64,000 nucleotides of DNA, from assembly GCA_044229075.1 (NCBI GenBank), contig JBGATS010000001.1, positions 275 to 64,274 of the forward strand, read 5' to 3'. This DNA comes from Minisyncoccia bacterium. GTDB taxonomy: Bacteria; Patescibacteriota; Minisyncoccia; Phycocordibacterales; UBA1006. The notes below the pieces were generated by a model. It saw only the letters and a program-made list of their open reading frames with translations, did no database searches and had not been told where the DNA came from. This document shows, in pieces, positions 29,847 through 39,220 of this stretch. The position numbers and the translations under genes were made by a program. Within the stretch, counting starts at the first letter, position 1. Each line of letters starts with the position of its first letter.

Positions 29847-30209
29847 ATGAAAACCTTTTCCCAAAAAGTCATCGAGCTCGCACTATCAATTCCATCTGGT
29901 CGCGTAGTCACCTATGGCACGCTGGCACATCGCGCAGGTGGTGGAACCATGGCATCACAAAGTATCACTAACATCCTAGGTAAGGCATATATGGCAGGTG
30001 TAAAAGATATTCCCTGGCACCGTATCGTGTATGCAGGTGGAAAAATTTGGATTGATGATGCGCATCGCACAGAACGGATGAAATTATCGAGAAAAATGGA
30101 AAATTTTTTATCAAGGATTTTGATGATGTCGTGTGGAATTTTAAAAGTAAAAAATAGAAACAAAAAAAGCGATCTCCTGAGGAATCGCTTTTTGAAATTA
30201 ATGAAATGA
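29847..30209 (+). CDS. alkyltransferase-like protein (MGMT-family DNA-binding domain with active-site Cys replaced by Trp: PWHRIV)
   Basis: VVTYGTLAHRAGGG...PWHRIV matches ATL proteins (PCHR to PWHR); the C-terminal ~35 aa is read-through into the 67-bp repeat. Confidence 0.7.
   Translation: MKTFSQKVIELALSIPSGRVVTYGTLAHRAGGGTMASQSITNILGKAYMAGVKDIPWHRIVYAGGKIWIDDAHRTERMKLSRKMENFLSRILMMSCGILKVKNRNKKSDLLRNRFLKLMK
30104..30170 (+). repeat. copy 2 of ~67-bp repeat, followed by hairpin terminator
   Basis: aligned by eye to 26781-26847. Confidence 0.6.
30166..30194 (+). terminator. rho-independent terminator (agcgatctcctgaggaatcgct + T5)
   Basis: seen in sequence. Confidence 0.6.
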
Positions 30210-30659
30210 AATTTGCTCATTAGTAGGGTCTTCTAATTCCCCTTCTAATAGCATAATTACATCGAGCACCTCCTGAGGTATTTCTCTACGATGACACGCA
30301 ATATAGTGAATACAGAGACTGTTTGTGACCACACGTCCAGCAGTTTTATTGCACTCTTTACTATTGAAAAAATCTCGAGGATTTTCATGCACCATTACTG
30401 ATGACTCTTCTGAATTTATTTTCAAGAGATAATCTGCATTACTACTGTGAGCCCCGCAAAAACATGTATGCCAACCCCTTGTAACAACACCCTCAGCAAA
30501 CTCTGCATTGACACCATGAGAATAATTACTACCTCCCATTGCAATAGCTTGGTTAAAAGCACCTGTAATTTTCTTGGTATACTGATCGATTATAGGACCA
30601 GTGCAAGGTTTTTGAGGTTCCATAAAAAGTAAGAAACCTAAATTATTATTTGTAGCCAT
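30198..30659 (-). CDS. hypothetical Cys/His-rich protein (possible metal-binding)
   Basis: 11 Cys/His in 153 aa incl. HTCFCGAHS; no family assigned. Confidence 0.4.
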   Translation of the reverse strand: MATNNNLGFLLFMEPQKPCTGPIIDQYTKKITGAFNQAIAMGGSNYSHGVNAEFAEGVVTRGWHTCFCGAHSSNADYLLKINSEESSVMVHENPRDFFNSKECNKTAGRVVTNSLCIHYIACHRREIPQEVLDVIMLLEGELEDPTNEQISFH

Positions 30660-30733
30660 ATTTTTAATTATTTATATACATAATACATAAAAAACACCTC
30701 TTGTCAAGGTGGTTTTTATATTTGTGATTTATT

Positions 30734-33700
30734 TTATTTCTTCTCTACTGTATTCCCTTCACTGTTCCAAATAATACTTTCTGCACCAACAGTCGTTAAT
30801 AACTCTTTTTGAAGTTCACTATTTGCAAACCATGCTGGTTCTGCAATTTCAAGATAAACGGTTACACGATCACTTGGCATCAGGTTTGCATCTTTTCGCA
30901 TATCCTGGATTGTGCGGACCATGTCACGCATATCGCCTTCGTTACGCAAATCATCGGTGATTTCTGTATCCAGTTCAACCGTTCCCTGTTCCAAAGAGTC
31001 TTTTACCAGAATTTCTTTTATATTCAACTCGTCTTTAATGATATCAAGATAATCATTTGGTAGGTTTAATTCTGAAACTGAGAGTTTTGAAAGGGGTTGG
31101 CGAACTTTAACGTTTGCTTTTTGTCGTGCTTCCAGTCCGAGTGTTACGATATCACGAACTGACTGCATATATGAGATTACATTTTTAAAATCATATTCTG
31201 CATCACGGCGATCAATCCACCATCCTAAATGTACTGACTCTGGGTCGCGTTGCCATTTCACCTTTTGCCAAATCTCTTCGGTAATGAAAGGTGTGAAAGG
31301 TGCCATTGTCAGAGATAGGTTTCTCAAAATTAACTGCGTTGTTCGTAATGCCTTTTTTCGATCCATTTCATCATTTGATTTAAACCGATCTCGCGATCGT
31401 CTAATATACCAAGTTGATAATTCATTGATAAAATCTCGAATTGCTCGTGCCGGCATTAATACATCGTATTCATCCAACCCTTGCGACACAGTTCTAGAAA
31501 GTATATCCAGCTGAGCAAGTATCCAAGTGTCTAATACATTGGTTGGATTAATATATGGATTATATTCATCTTCATCCAGACTTTCGTCTGTTTTATACAT
31601 CTCATAAAAACTCACCACATTCAACAATGGATTAAAGACTTTTTTCTTTACCTCATCCAATGACTTTTCATCAAAGTTTTTGGTTTCACCTGGCTGGTTT
31701 ACACTGTAGAACCAGAATCGTGCGACATCTGCGCCAAATTTTTCGAATACTTCCCATGGTGAGACAATATTCCCTTTTGATTTTGACATCTTTGTTCCGT
31801 CTGCCGCCATCAACAATCCTAAACAAATTACGTTTTTGTAGTTATTGGTCGGTTCATCGTTGAGCAAGTTTGCAATCGCGTGCATCGTATAAAACCATCC
31901 GCGTGTTTGGTCGACTCCTTCTGAAATGTAATCTGCTGGCAACGGCTTAAAATCTACCGGCTCGCCTAACTTGTGAGACTGTGCATACGCCATCGCTCCG
32001 GAATCGAACCATACATCCATGATTGCAGATGTGCGTGTTAATTTTTCACCATCAAGCTCGAGTTCAATCTGGTCGATATATGGTTTATGAAAATCAAGTT
32101 CGTAGTTTTCATTATGCGGAAGTGGTGTGAAATCAAGTTCGCGGATTTCTGCATTAATAAACGGATATTCTTTCGGAGGGTTTTTTAAAAGAGTTTCAAA
32201 AGTAAATCCTTCACTTGCAAGAACTAACGCACGAGCTGATGAATTATGACCAACAATTAAGATATTTTTACCTTGATATTTTAGATCTATTTCATGTAAA
32301 AACTCTCCGCATCGTTTAATTACATCCTGATATGATTCACCTCCTTCTGCTTTATAGGTATATCTATTTGGTGAAACATTTCGCATTTTCAAATATTCAT
32401 CAAGGTTTTTTTCTTGATATTCGTCTCCTACCTGCCATTCAATTATACGTGAATCGGTAATAATATTTTCTGGATTATATCCGATTGTCTCTGCAACAAT
32501 TTTTGCAGTTTCTTGAGTTCTTAAAATTGGAGACGCAATAATAATATCAACTTTGGTTGATTTTAATTGCTCTGCAGATTTTATTACCTGCTCTTTTCCT
32601 TCGTCGGTTAAATGATTATTTGGGTCACCTTTAAAATCCCAAACGTTTTTTATATTACTGTGTGCCTGACCATGTCGCATTAATAAATATTTATTCCCAG
32701 ATTTCTTTGAATATTTTTTAATATCATCAATCGAGCCAACCACGACACGTTTTGATCCGTCTGCAGTTTCCCACACCGGAATTGGTGTTCCCCAGTATCG
32801 TTCACGTGAAATTGCCCAATCCTTGATTCCGTCGAGCCATTCACCAAAACGTCCTTCCTTTATATGATCTGGTTCCCAGTTGATATTTTCATTTGCCTTT
32901 AAGAGTTTTTCTCGTAATGAAGACATTCGGAAATACCATGAACCACGTGCGTAATACAATAATGGAGTGTTGCATCGCCAACAATGCGGATAACTGTGCG
33001 CGTAGTTTTCTTTTTTGAATAACAAATTGCGTGCTGTCAGATCATTAATGATATCAATCGCAAGTGTTGGTTTTCCTGATTCATCAGATTCTTTTACATA
33101 GCGACCTGATAGTTTAATCGTGTCAGTATCACAACCATTAACATACTTTCCTTCCTCGTTCACAACGTGGAATTTTGGAAGATTATGTTTTGTTCCAAGC
33201 TCAAAGTCATCAGCTCCATACATGGGTGCAATATGCACAATTCCTGTTCCATCCGTTGTTGTTACAAAATCTGCTGCATACACCTGGAATGCATTTTCAA
33301 GTTTTGATTTCTGATCTGCTGGAAGCAAATCTGACAGAAATGGATAGAGTGGTTCGTATTTGAGACCAACAAGATCTGAGCCTTTCCGAGAAGGATAACT
33401 TATTGTTGTGCCAGATGCTCGTGCGTAAGTTAAATATGTTCCTATCTCATTAAAAAGAGAGTGTTTATTATCTCGAGATGCTTCAAAAATGTCTTCTGAG
33501 ATTAGAAGGGTTACGCCATTATAGTTCCATTGTTTATATTTAACATCTGCCCCAACAGCAAGCGCAACATTCCCTGGAAGTGTCCACGGTGTCGTCGTCC
33601 ACGCCATGATATATGTATTGTCATCCACCACAAAGTCACCAATTTTCTGATCTTTTTCAACTTTAAACTTCACATACGCCGTTACATCCTTTATATCCTG

Positions 33701-34348
33701 ATACGCGCCTGGTTGGTTCAATTCATGACTCGATAAAGCAGTTCCACATCGCGGACACCACGGCAGAATCTTAAAATCTTTGTACATTAAATCATTCCCT
33801 GCTGCATCCTTTCGTTCAGAAATTTTCTTTGCCACACCCCACAATGCCTCGATATAACTGTTTTCATACGTCACATACGGATTCTGCATATCGAGCCAAT
33901 AACCCATACGGTCGGTCAATGCTTCCCATTCGTGTTTATATTCCCAAACACTTTCTTTACATTTTTTGTTGTATGCAGCCACGCCATAGACTTCGATTTC
34001 CTTTTTTGATTTTAATCCAAGCGCTTTTTCAACTTGTAATTCTACTGGCAATCCGTGTGTATCCCAACCAGCCTTTCGTTTTACGTTAAAGCCGCGCATT
34101 GTTTTGTAACGCGGAATGATATCCTTGAATGATCGTGCGCCGACATGGTGAATTCCAGGGCGACCGTTTGCGGTTGGTGGACCTTCGAAAAATATGAAGT
34201 CACCTTGTGTTGATTCTTTTGCAAGGGTTTTTTCAAAAATCTGATTGTCTTTCCAGAACTGCAAAATAGCCTCTTCGCAAGCTGCAGTTTCAGATTTTTC
34301 CAGATTCTCTGGGATAAAGTTTTTTGGGTTTGGGTTCATAGTTGACAA
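30734..34348 (-). CDS. ileS: isoleucyl-tRNA synthetase with an internal histidine-phosphatase (PGAM/RHG-type) domain insertion
   Basis: HIGH-region PTANGRPGIHHV, WTTTPWTLPGNVALAV, KMSKS all present. An extra ~230 aa lies between PIPVWE and MDVWFDSG and contains LLMRHGQAHSN...IIASPILRTQETA...LIVGHNSSARAL. TTG start at 34348; first ATG at 34339. Confidence 0.88.
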   Translation of the reverse strand: MSTMNPNPKNFIPENLEKSETAACEEAILQFWKDNQIFEKTLAKESTQGDFIFFEGPPTANGRPGIHHVGARSFKDIIPRYKTMRGFNVKRKAGWDTHGLPVELQVEKALGLKSKKEIEVYGVAAYNKKCKESVWEYKHEWEALTDRMGYWLDMQNPYVTYENSYIEALWGVAKKISERKDAAGNDLMYKDFKILPWCPRCGTALSSHELNQPGAYQDIKDVTAYVKFKVEKDQKIGDFVVDDNTYIMAWTTTPWTLPGNVALAVGADVKYKQWNYNGVTLLISEDIFEASRDNKHSLFNEIGTYLTYARASGTTISYPSRKGSDLVGLKYEPLYPFLSDLLPADQKSKLENAFQVYAADFVTTTDGTGIVHIAPMYGADDFELGTKHNLPKFHVVNEEGKYVNGCDTDTIKLSGRYVKESDESGKPTLAIDIINDLTARNLLFKKENYAHSYPHCWRCNTPLLYYARGSWYFRMSSLREKLLKANENINWEPDHIKEGRFGEWLDGIKDWAISRERYWGTPIPVWETADGSKRVVVGSIDDIKKYSKKSGNKYLLMRHGQAHSNIKNVWDFKGDPNNHLTDEGKEQVIKSAEQLKSTKVDIIIASPILRTQETAKIVAETIGYNPENIITDSRIIEWQVGDEYQEKNLDEYLKMRNVSPNRYTYKAEGGESYQDVIKRCGEFLHEIDLKYQGKNILIVGHNSSARALVLASEGFTFETLLKNPPKEYPFINAEIRELDFTPLPHNENYELDFHKPYIDQIELELDGEKLTRTSAIMDVWFDSGAMAYAQSHKLGEPVDFKPLPADYISEGVDQTRGWFYTMHAIANLLNDEPTNNYKNVICLGLLMAADGTKMSKSKGNIVSPWEVFEKFGADVARFWFYSVNQPGETKNFDEKSLDEVKKKVFNPLLNVVSFYEMYKTDESLDEDEYNPYINPTNVLDTWILAQLDILSRTVSQGLDEYDVLMPARAIRDFINELSTWYIRRSRDRFKSNDEMDRKKALRTTQLILRNLSLTMAPFTPFITEEIWQKVKWQRDPESVHLGWWIDRRDAEYDFKNVISYMQSVRDIVTLGLEARQKANVKVRQPLSKLSVSELNLPNDYLDIIKDELNIKEILVKDSLEQGTVELDTEITDDLRNEGDMRDMVRTIQDMRKDANLMPSDRVTVYLEIAEPAWFANSELQKELLTTVGAESIIWNSEGNTVEKK

Positions 34349-34402
34349 TTTTGGTAAATTATGGATAATAATGAGTAAATATTTTTAACAATTAAATTAA
34401 TG
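34315..34402. repeat. direct repeat A (~88 bp; ileS promoter/5' end) duplicated at 35621-35712
   Basis: near-identical stretches taaagttttttgggtttgggttcatagttgacaa...ttatggataataatgagtaaatattttt at both sites. Confidence 0.7.
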
Positions 34403-34408
34403 TAGATT

Positions 34409-34765
34409 ATGATTACAACTAAAGTATTAGAGGATGCGTGCAACGGTATAAACTTGGATATTTTTCTAGAAAAAATTCAGGGTAAAAAATTAAAATTATC
34501 AAATGATTACAGTATTGTACTAGAACGTTTCCAAAGTTTTGGTGGGACTAATGATGAAATACAAATTAAATCAAAAATTTTATTTGCTCAAGTAGGTATA
34601 ATTTTTGAAGAAAAATCACAACCTTCACTCAGAGCAATACATCGCATTACAAATGAAAAGGTTGTATTACAATTAAGAGATGTTCAGGAGAGATGTTTTT
34701 ATATTTGCAATTCAATGTATTTTGCTAAGTTAATTAAACAAAAAACTATACGATTAGTTAAATAA
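34409..34765 (+). CDS. hypothetical protein (118 aa) inside inserted module
   Basis: ORF with own hairpin terminator 34793-34819. Confidence 0.35.
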   Translation: MITTKVLEDACNGINLDIFLEKIQGKKLKLSNDYSIVLERFQSFGGTNDEIQIKSKILFAQVGIIFEEKSQPSLRAIHRITNEKVVLQLRDVQERCFYICNSMYFAKLIKQKTIRLVK

Positions 34766-34792
34766 ACAAAAAACTCTTCATTACGCACAATT

Positions 34793-34819
34793 AAAGTATT
34801 CCTACGGGAATGCTTTTTT
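34793..34819 (+). terminator. rho-independent terminator (agtattcc-tacg-ggaatgct + T5)
   Basis: seen in sequence. Confidence 0.5.
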
Positions 34820-35654
34820 ATTGTAATCGTTTATTACTAGTCTTGCTTCCTACTTGCTTTTTCATAATTTTTTTAATATCTGGCTCCGCGGGTAATTTTT
34901 CTGGAATAATACCTCGTGACAAGAGGGCTTTTCGAGTTGTTTGAGAATTCTCGAGAACTTCACGAACAAGTCTTTCTTTACCAGAAATATTTTTTGTTTT
35001 AATATTATGATCAGTCATGGCAAGTGCAAAATCCTTTGCACGAAGCTCCACATCGCTATCAAAATCTGCAAGTGGTCTATTGTTTGGGATTTTCTTTTTT
35101 GCTTTTAGTTGTCGTGTTGTTAATCCACCATACAGCGCCTGTATGTGTTTATCTTTGAATCCTGCAAAATCTACTGATGTATTAATTCCTCGAGTATATA
35201 CCGTACCTCTAATATTCTTTTCTGTATCGGCAAGTTTTTTTCGTGAAGCAATTCTCTTATGCTCATATTCTGCAATTTGTAGCAATTCTTGTTTACGTGT
35301 TTGGGTGGCAAAATACATTTGTGCTTCAGCGATTTCAGGTTTTCGTGGATCGCCGTTTTGAGCAATAAGGTAACATGCGTAACGTGTTAAAAGAATATCA
35401 TCAACGGGACGCTTTGCTTTTGAACCTATGGCGACCATTTTGTCGGCGCCGACAAAATGGTCCGCACTATTTATATTTTGTGTGTCACAAGAATTCTTTG
35501 CACGAATAATTGCATCAGAAAATTTTCTCCATTCCTTATAACCAAGTAATGGGTGGAGTTCACGTGCAGACCAATACTCAAAATTATCTATTGTTTTTTT
35601 AATAGATTCCAGATGGTGTATAAAGTTTTTTGGGTTTGGGTTCATAGTTGACAA
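34818..35654 (-). CDS. DinD-like (DNA-damage-inducible protein D family) protein carrying a duplicated IleRS N-terminus
   Basis: EYWSARELHPLLGYKEWRKF resembles the DinD family's conserved N-terminal region (recalled from memory, not searched). The first 12 codons, MSTMNPNPKNFI, are identical to those of ileS. Confidence 0.5.
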   Translation of the reverse strand: MSTMNPNPKNFIHHLESIKKTIDNFEYWSARELHPLLGYKEWRKFSDAIIRAKNSCDTQNINSADHFVGADKMVAIGSKAKRPVDDILLTRYACYLIAQNGDPRKPEIAEAQMYFATQTRKQELLQIAEYEHKRIASRKKLADTEKNIRGTVYTRGINTSVDFAGFKDKHIQALYGGLTTRQLKAKKKIPNNRPLADFDSDVELRAKDFALAMTDHNIKTKNISGKERLVREVLENSQTTRKALLSRGIIPEKLPAEPDIKKIMKKQVGSKTSNKRLQ

Positions 35655-35712
35655 CTTGGATTAATTATGGATAATAATGAGTAAATATTTTTTAAATCTT
35701 TAAATTAAAAAT
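35621..35712. repeat. direct repeat B (copy of ileS promoter/5' end)
   Basis: see repeat A. Confidence 0.7.
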
Positions 35713-35713
35713 T

Positions 35714-35905
35714 ATGGGAATAAAAACGTTATTGTGGATTATTATTGCAATTCTTTGGATAGGAATTGGAGCAATAATATTAAAGGTTGAAATCGAAAGT
35801 GAAACCTTGGAATGTTTAATAAGAAACAAACCGCGACCTAAATCTATGCTGATTTCAAGACTAACAGCTATATTAATGTGGCCAATTGCACCTTTTCTAT
35901 CGTAG
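35714..35905 (+). CDS. hypothetical small membrane protein (63 aa)
   Basis: two hydrophobic helices. Confidence 0.3.
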   Translation: MGIKTLLWIIIAILWIGIGAIILKVEIESETLECLIRNKPRPKSMLISRLTAILMWPIAPFLS

Positions 35906-36050
35906 AACTTTAACTAACAAAAAACTCGTCTTCGCTCACGACTAAAAGTCATGTGCAAGGACGAGTTTTTCTTATCCGAACATTTGTAAAATGTTTTAGG
36001 ACAAAAATTCGTGGTACCACCTTGGTTTATTATACTCCTCCGTCCTTTGG

Positions 36051-36223
36051 ACACCCCCTCTACAAGAGGAGGAAGTTGCAGACATTGGTTCGATGACTCC
36101 TCTTGTAGAGAAGCTCCGCAAAGCAGTGAAGAGTATAACCTTGTTACAGCTATTACGGGCATACCCGTTGGGGTCTAGTTTCTGGGGCCGGGAAAAATGC
36201 GAAGCATTTTTCCCGGCCTTTTG
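36051..36223 (+). promoter_or_regulatory. structured GC-rich leader: 14-bp perfect stem (ctctacaagaggag/ctcctcttgtagag, 25-nt loop), small hairpin, then strong terminator ggccgggaaaaatgc-gaa-gcatttttcccggcc + T4 (36186-36223)
   Basis: seen directly; upstream of small membrane protein gene 36354-36590; attenuator/riboswitch-like arrangement. Confidence 0.4.
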
Positions 36224-36353
36224 ATTTCTTCCCAAGGCTCTGGAATGATGAGTTCCGTCTTCGCCATATACCATCATAGTATCATACCTCGTTATCCAGT
36301 GCAACGATTATCGAAAACTTTTCTTTTTATCAAAATACGTTATACTGTATCCG

Positions 36354-36590
36354 ATGACAGAAACACTTTGGAATTTTATAGAATGGTATGGAACCATTGC
36401 AATATTGGGTGCTTTTGGATTGGCGATGTTCGGCGTGTTTCAATGGGAGAGTAACGTGTTCATGGTATTGAATCTCTCTGGGGCGCTCGCATTAGTAATT
36501 TCTGGACTCTTCAAGCGTTCATGGCACAACGTGGTGTTCTATTTGATCTGGGGAGCAATCACCGCAATACAGTATTTTAATCTTTTCTAA
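36354..36590 (+). CDS. hypothetical small 2-TM membrane protein
   Basis: 78-aa ORF. Confidence 0.35.
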   Translation: MTETLWNFIEWYGTIAILGAFGLAMFGVFQWESNVFMVLNLSGALALVISGLFKRSWHNVVFYLIWGAITAIQYFNLF

Positions 36591-36619
36591 AAAACACACA
36601 GGTGTCCTGTGTGTTTTTG

Positions 36620-37750
36620 TTAATGTACATGATGTGCATGAACGTGTTCATCATCAGCAAGTGGTTTTCCGCGTGTTTTCTTGAAAAAAATAACTGCCAA
36701 CCATGTTGATAATGGTACGGTCATCATAAGACCTATTGACCCGAGTACGGTACGAATAATTTCTGAGGCAAAAATCTCTGAGTTTATCGTTTGACCAAAC
36801 GATGTAGTGCCGCCAGATGTGTAGAATAACAAGAGTGGTAATGCAACTCCAACATACGCCAATACAAGTGTGTTCACTAATGCAGAAACATGTTCTTTTC
36901 CTACTCGTAATGCTCGTGTAAAAATCTCTTTTGAGGAAAGATGTCCTGCTGCTGCATATAATTCACGAACAACAGCAACTTGGGTGACTGAAATATCGTC
37001 CAAAACTCCCAACATTCCGATAATAATACTCGCCAAAAATATTCCTACAAAATCAAGTGATCCTCCGGTATTAAAATTCAAATACACTGCTTCATGACTC
37101 GAAAAACCTGTCATACGGGACACAATAGTGACCATTCTTGCAAAAATACTGGTCACCGCAACCGATATTAATGTACTCCCAAATGCAATCCATGAAATCC
37201 TGTTCCATCCATGCGTAATTACAATCGCACAAAACAAAACAATCGAACCAACAAATACCGTTACCAACACAGGTGGATATCCTGCCAAGAGCATTGGGAG
37301 TAAGAGAAAAATAATTGCAAGAATCGAGAGCGTTAAACTTATAAGAGATCGCAACCCTTGCATTTTCCCTAACAAGAGTACTGCCAGAATAAATAGTATA
37401 ACCAGCCCAATCAATGCAGGTCTGCGTTCAAAATCCGAAACCGCAAAAAGTGTCGTCCCAGATTCATTGGTATGATACTGCCCCCAGAAACGATCTCCAA
37501 CCTGCATAGGCGAAACATCATTAATAATGGTAACGACTTGGTTGTCGAATATCCCAGAAGTGATTCGCGCACTTATTTCTTGAACCATTATCGCTGTAGT
37601 TGCATTGGGAAAGGTTTCCTGTTTTTGTCCGACAATTTTTTCCACTCGTGCATTGAATGTTCCTTGATTATCGGTAATCATGGCTGCCTCCTGTGCAAAT
37701 ACTGGAACACCTATCAAACAACAAAAAATAAATATGAGTATTTTTTTCAT
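36620..37750 (-). CDS. YibE/F-family membrane protein with His-rich C-terminal tail
   Basis: signal peptide + extracytoplasmic domain + multi-TM region typical of YibE/F; HVHAHHVH tail. Confidence 0.55.
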   Translation of the reverse strand: MKKILIFIFCCLIGVPVFAQEAAMITDNQGTFNARVEKIVGQKQETFPNATTAIMVQEISARITSGIFDNQVVTIINDVSPMQVGDRFWGQYHTNESGTTLFAVSDFERRPALIGLVILFILAVLLLGKMQGLRSLISLTLSILAIIFLLLPMLLAGYPPVLVTVFVGSIVLFCAIVITHGWNRISWIAFGSTLISVAVTSIFARMVTIVSRMTGFSSHEAVYLNFNTGGSLDFVGIFLASIIIGMLGVLDDISVTQVAVVRELYAAAGHLSSKEIFTRALRVGKEHVSALVNTLVLAYVGVALPLLLFYTSGGTTSFGQTINSEIFASEIIRTVLGSIGLMMTVPLSTWLAVIFFKKTRGKPLADDEHVHAHHVH

Positions 37751-37793
37751 AGAAATTTACTGTATCATGAAAAACATACAAAAAGAAGCCTTG

Positions 37794-38444
37794 TTATAGA
37801 CCTCTCGATGGAATAGTTTTTGATTTCTTTTTCTTGTGCAAAAAAATCCAAAAAACCGTACATACCACAATCATGATAATGCCAATTTTTTCCAAAACAT
37901 CGATACCACCTGAAACAGTATTCCCAACCAACCAACCAACCAACCCAAGTGCAGTTGCTCGAATAAAAACTCCAACAAACGACAAGACCATATATTTTAC
38001 AATATTCATTTCCACAATTCCTCCATAGATAGCAAACGCAATTGATGGAAATAGGGGAACTGCTCGCAAGAGGGTGAAAATAATTTCATCGTATCGGGAG
38101 TTTTGTAACCGAGCTTCTAACTTATTAATATCTTCATGACTCACCCCAATCCATGATCCGTATCGATCAATAATACGCAGTCCGAAAAAACGAGACGCCC
38201 ATACGTATGGTAATGACCCAAGGGAAACCCCCAATGCGGATGCAAATGGAACTTTCCACAGAAATTCAAAAAATGTTGCAAGAGAAAATGGAACTCCAAG
38301 AAACAAAATAGTCCCTGCAGCTCCCTGAACAATCGATGACGGAATCACCGAAATGAGTTCTTCTAATAACGACGCCCCGAAAACACCCAAAAATCCGTGG
38401 GCACTGATCCATGATTGTGCGATAGTAATAATTGATTCCATCAT
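37794..38444 (-). CDS. DedA/SNARE-associated family membrane protein
   Basis: topology and RAVPLFPSIAFAIYGG motif resemble DedA. Confidence 0.5.
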   Translation of the reverse strand: MMESIITIAQSWISAHGFLGVFGASLLEELISVIPSSIVQGAAGTILFLGVPFSLATFFEFLWKVPFASALGVSLGSLPYVWASRFFGLRIIDRYGSWIGVSHEDINKLEARLQNSRYDEIIFTLLRAVPLFPSIAFAIYGGIVEMNIVKYMVLSFVGVFIRATALGLVGWLVGNTVSGGIDVLEKIGIIMIVVCTVFWIFLHKKKKSKTIPSRGL

Positions 38445-38447
38445 ATA

Positions 38448-38807
38448 TTAAAAATGTGTAGAAACCTTACTGGCCAGGATAAAATCATTTTCCGAGAGAC
38501 CCCCAATCGAATGGGTCCACAGATCAAGTGTTACTCGATTATAAAAAATCTGTATATCGGGATGATGCCCCTCTGTTTCTGCAAGTTCTGCAACCTGATT
38601 CACCCATACTATTGCCGCACGGAAATCGGGAAAGAGTCGTTCCAATGAAATCCTGGTACCAACATCGTTCATTGTCCACCCCGTGAGAACTTCCTGATTT
38701 TCGTTGAGGTATTTTTTTGCTTCAGGATACGATAATGGCTGTAGTGTATTATCTTCACAAGGAATGCATTTTTTTTCGGAAAGTTTCATGCGACGAGTAT
38801 ACCACAA
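38448..38807 (-). CDS. phhB: pterin-4a-carbinolamine dehydratase
   Basis: EGHHPDIQIFYNRVTLDLWTHSIGGLSENDFILASK signature. Confidence 0.75.
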   Translation of the reverse strand: MWYTRRMKLSEKKCIPCEDNTLQPLSYPEAKKYLNENQEVLTGWTMNDVGTRISLERLFPDFRAAIVWVNQVAELAETEGHHPDIQIFYNRVTLDLWTHSIGGLSENDFILASKVSTHF

Positions 38808-38863
38808 AAGGTAATGACTATGAAGATTATGAGCGAGTGTTTGATTAGATTGTATTATGGAAC

Positions 38864-38890
38864 AAAAAATACCCCTTGGGTATTTTTTGT
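38864..38890. terminator. bidirectional terminator (aaaatacccc-tt-gggtatttt)
   Basis: hairpin with flanking A/T runs 55 bp upstream of phhB start; ends a minus-strand transcript coming from 38895-39220. Confidence 0.5.
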
Positions 38891-39220
38891 TTGTATCTCT
38901 ATTGTACCAAGTCCGAACCTATCTCCAAAATCGTAATCACTAGCATTCCCCGCGCATTACGCACCTCTGTGCGAAGCGCAGGGATTTCCAAGAATGAAAA
39001 GTGCGGGAGAACACTAAATGCAAATGTCGACTCGGTTTTTTGATTACAGGAAGTTTTTTTCTTTTTTTGGTGGACGAGCTAAAATAAAACCGCCTATTTT
39101 AAATAGTCGGTTTATGCGAGACCCTGCTTCCTCTGGGCTCTCCATTTCATTATGATAAAACGGGGACAAAATCAATACTCATGTCGATGACAATTCCTCA
39201 AGAGTGTGAGATTCATACTA

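Noticed and set aside
39050-39085. Possible tmRNA/tRNA-like 3' end (gctcgtccacca on minus strand)
   Set aside because: No complementary 5' acceptor strand or T-arm could be found at an appropriate distance, so I did not call a tmRNA.
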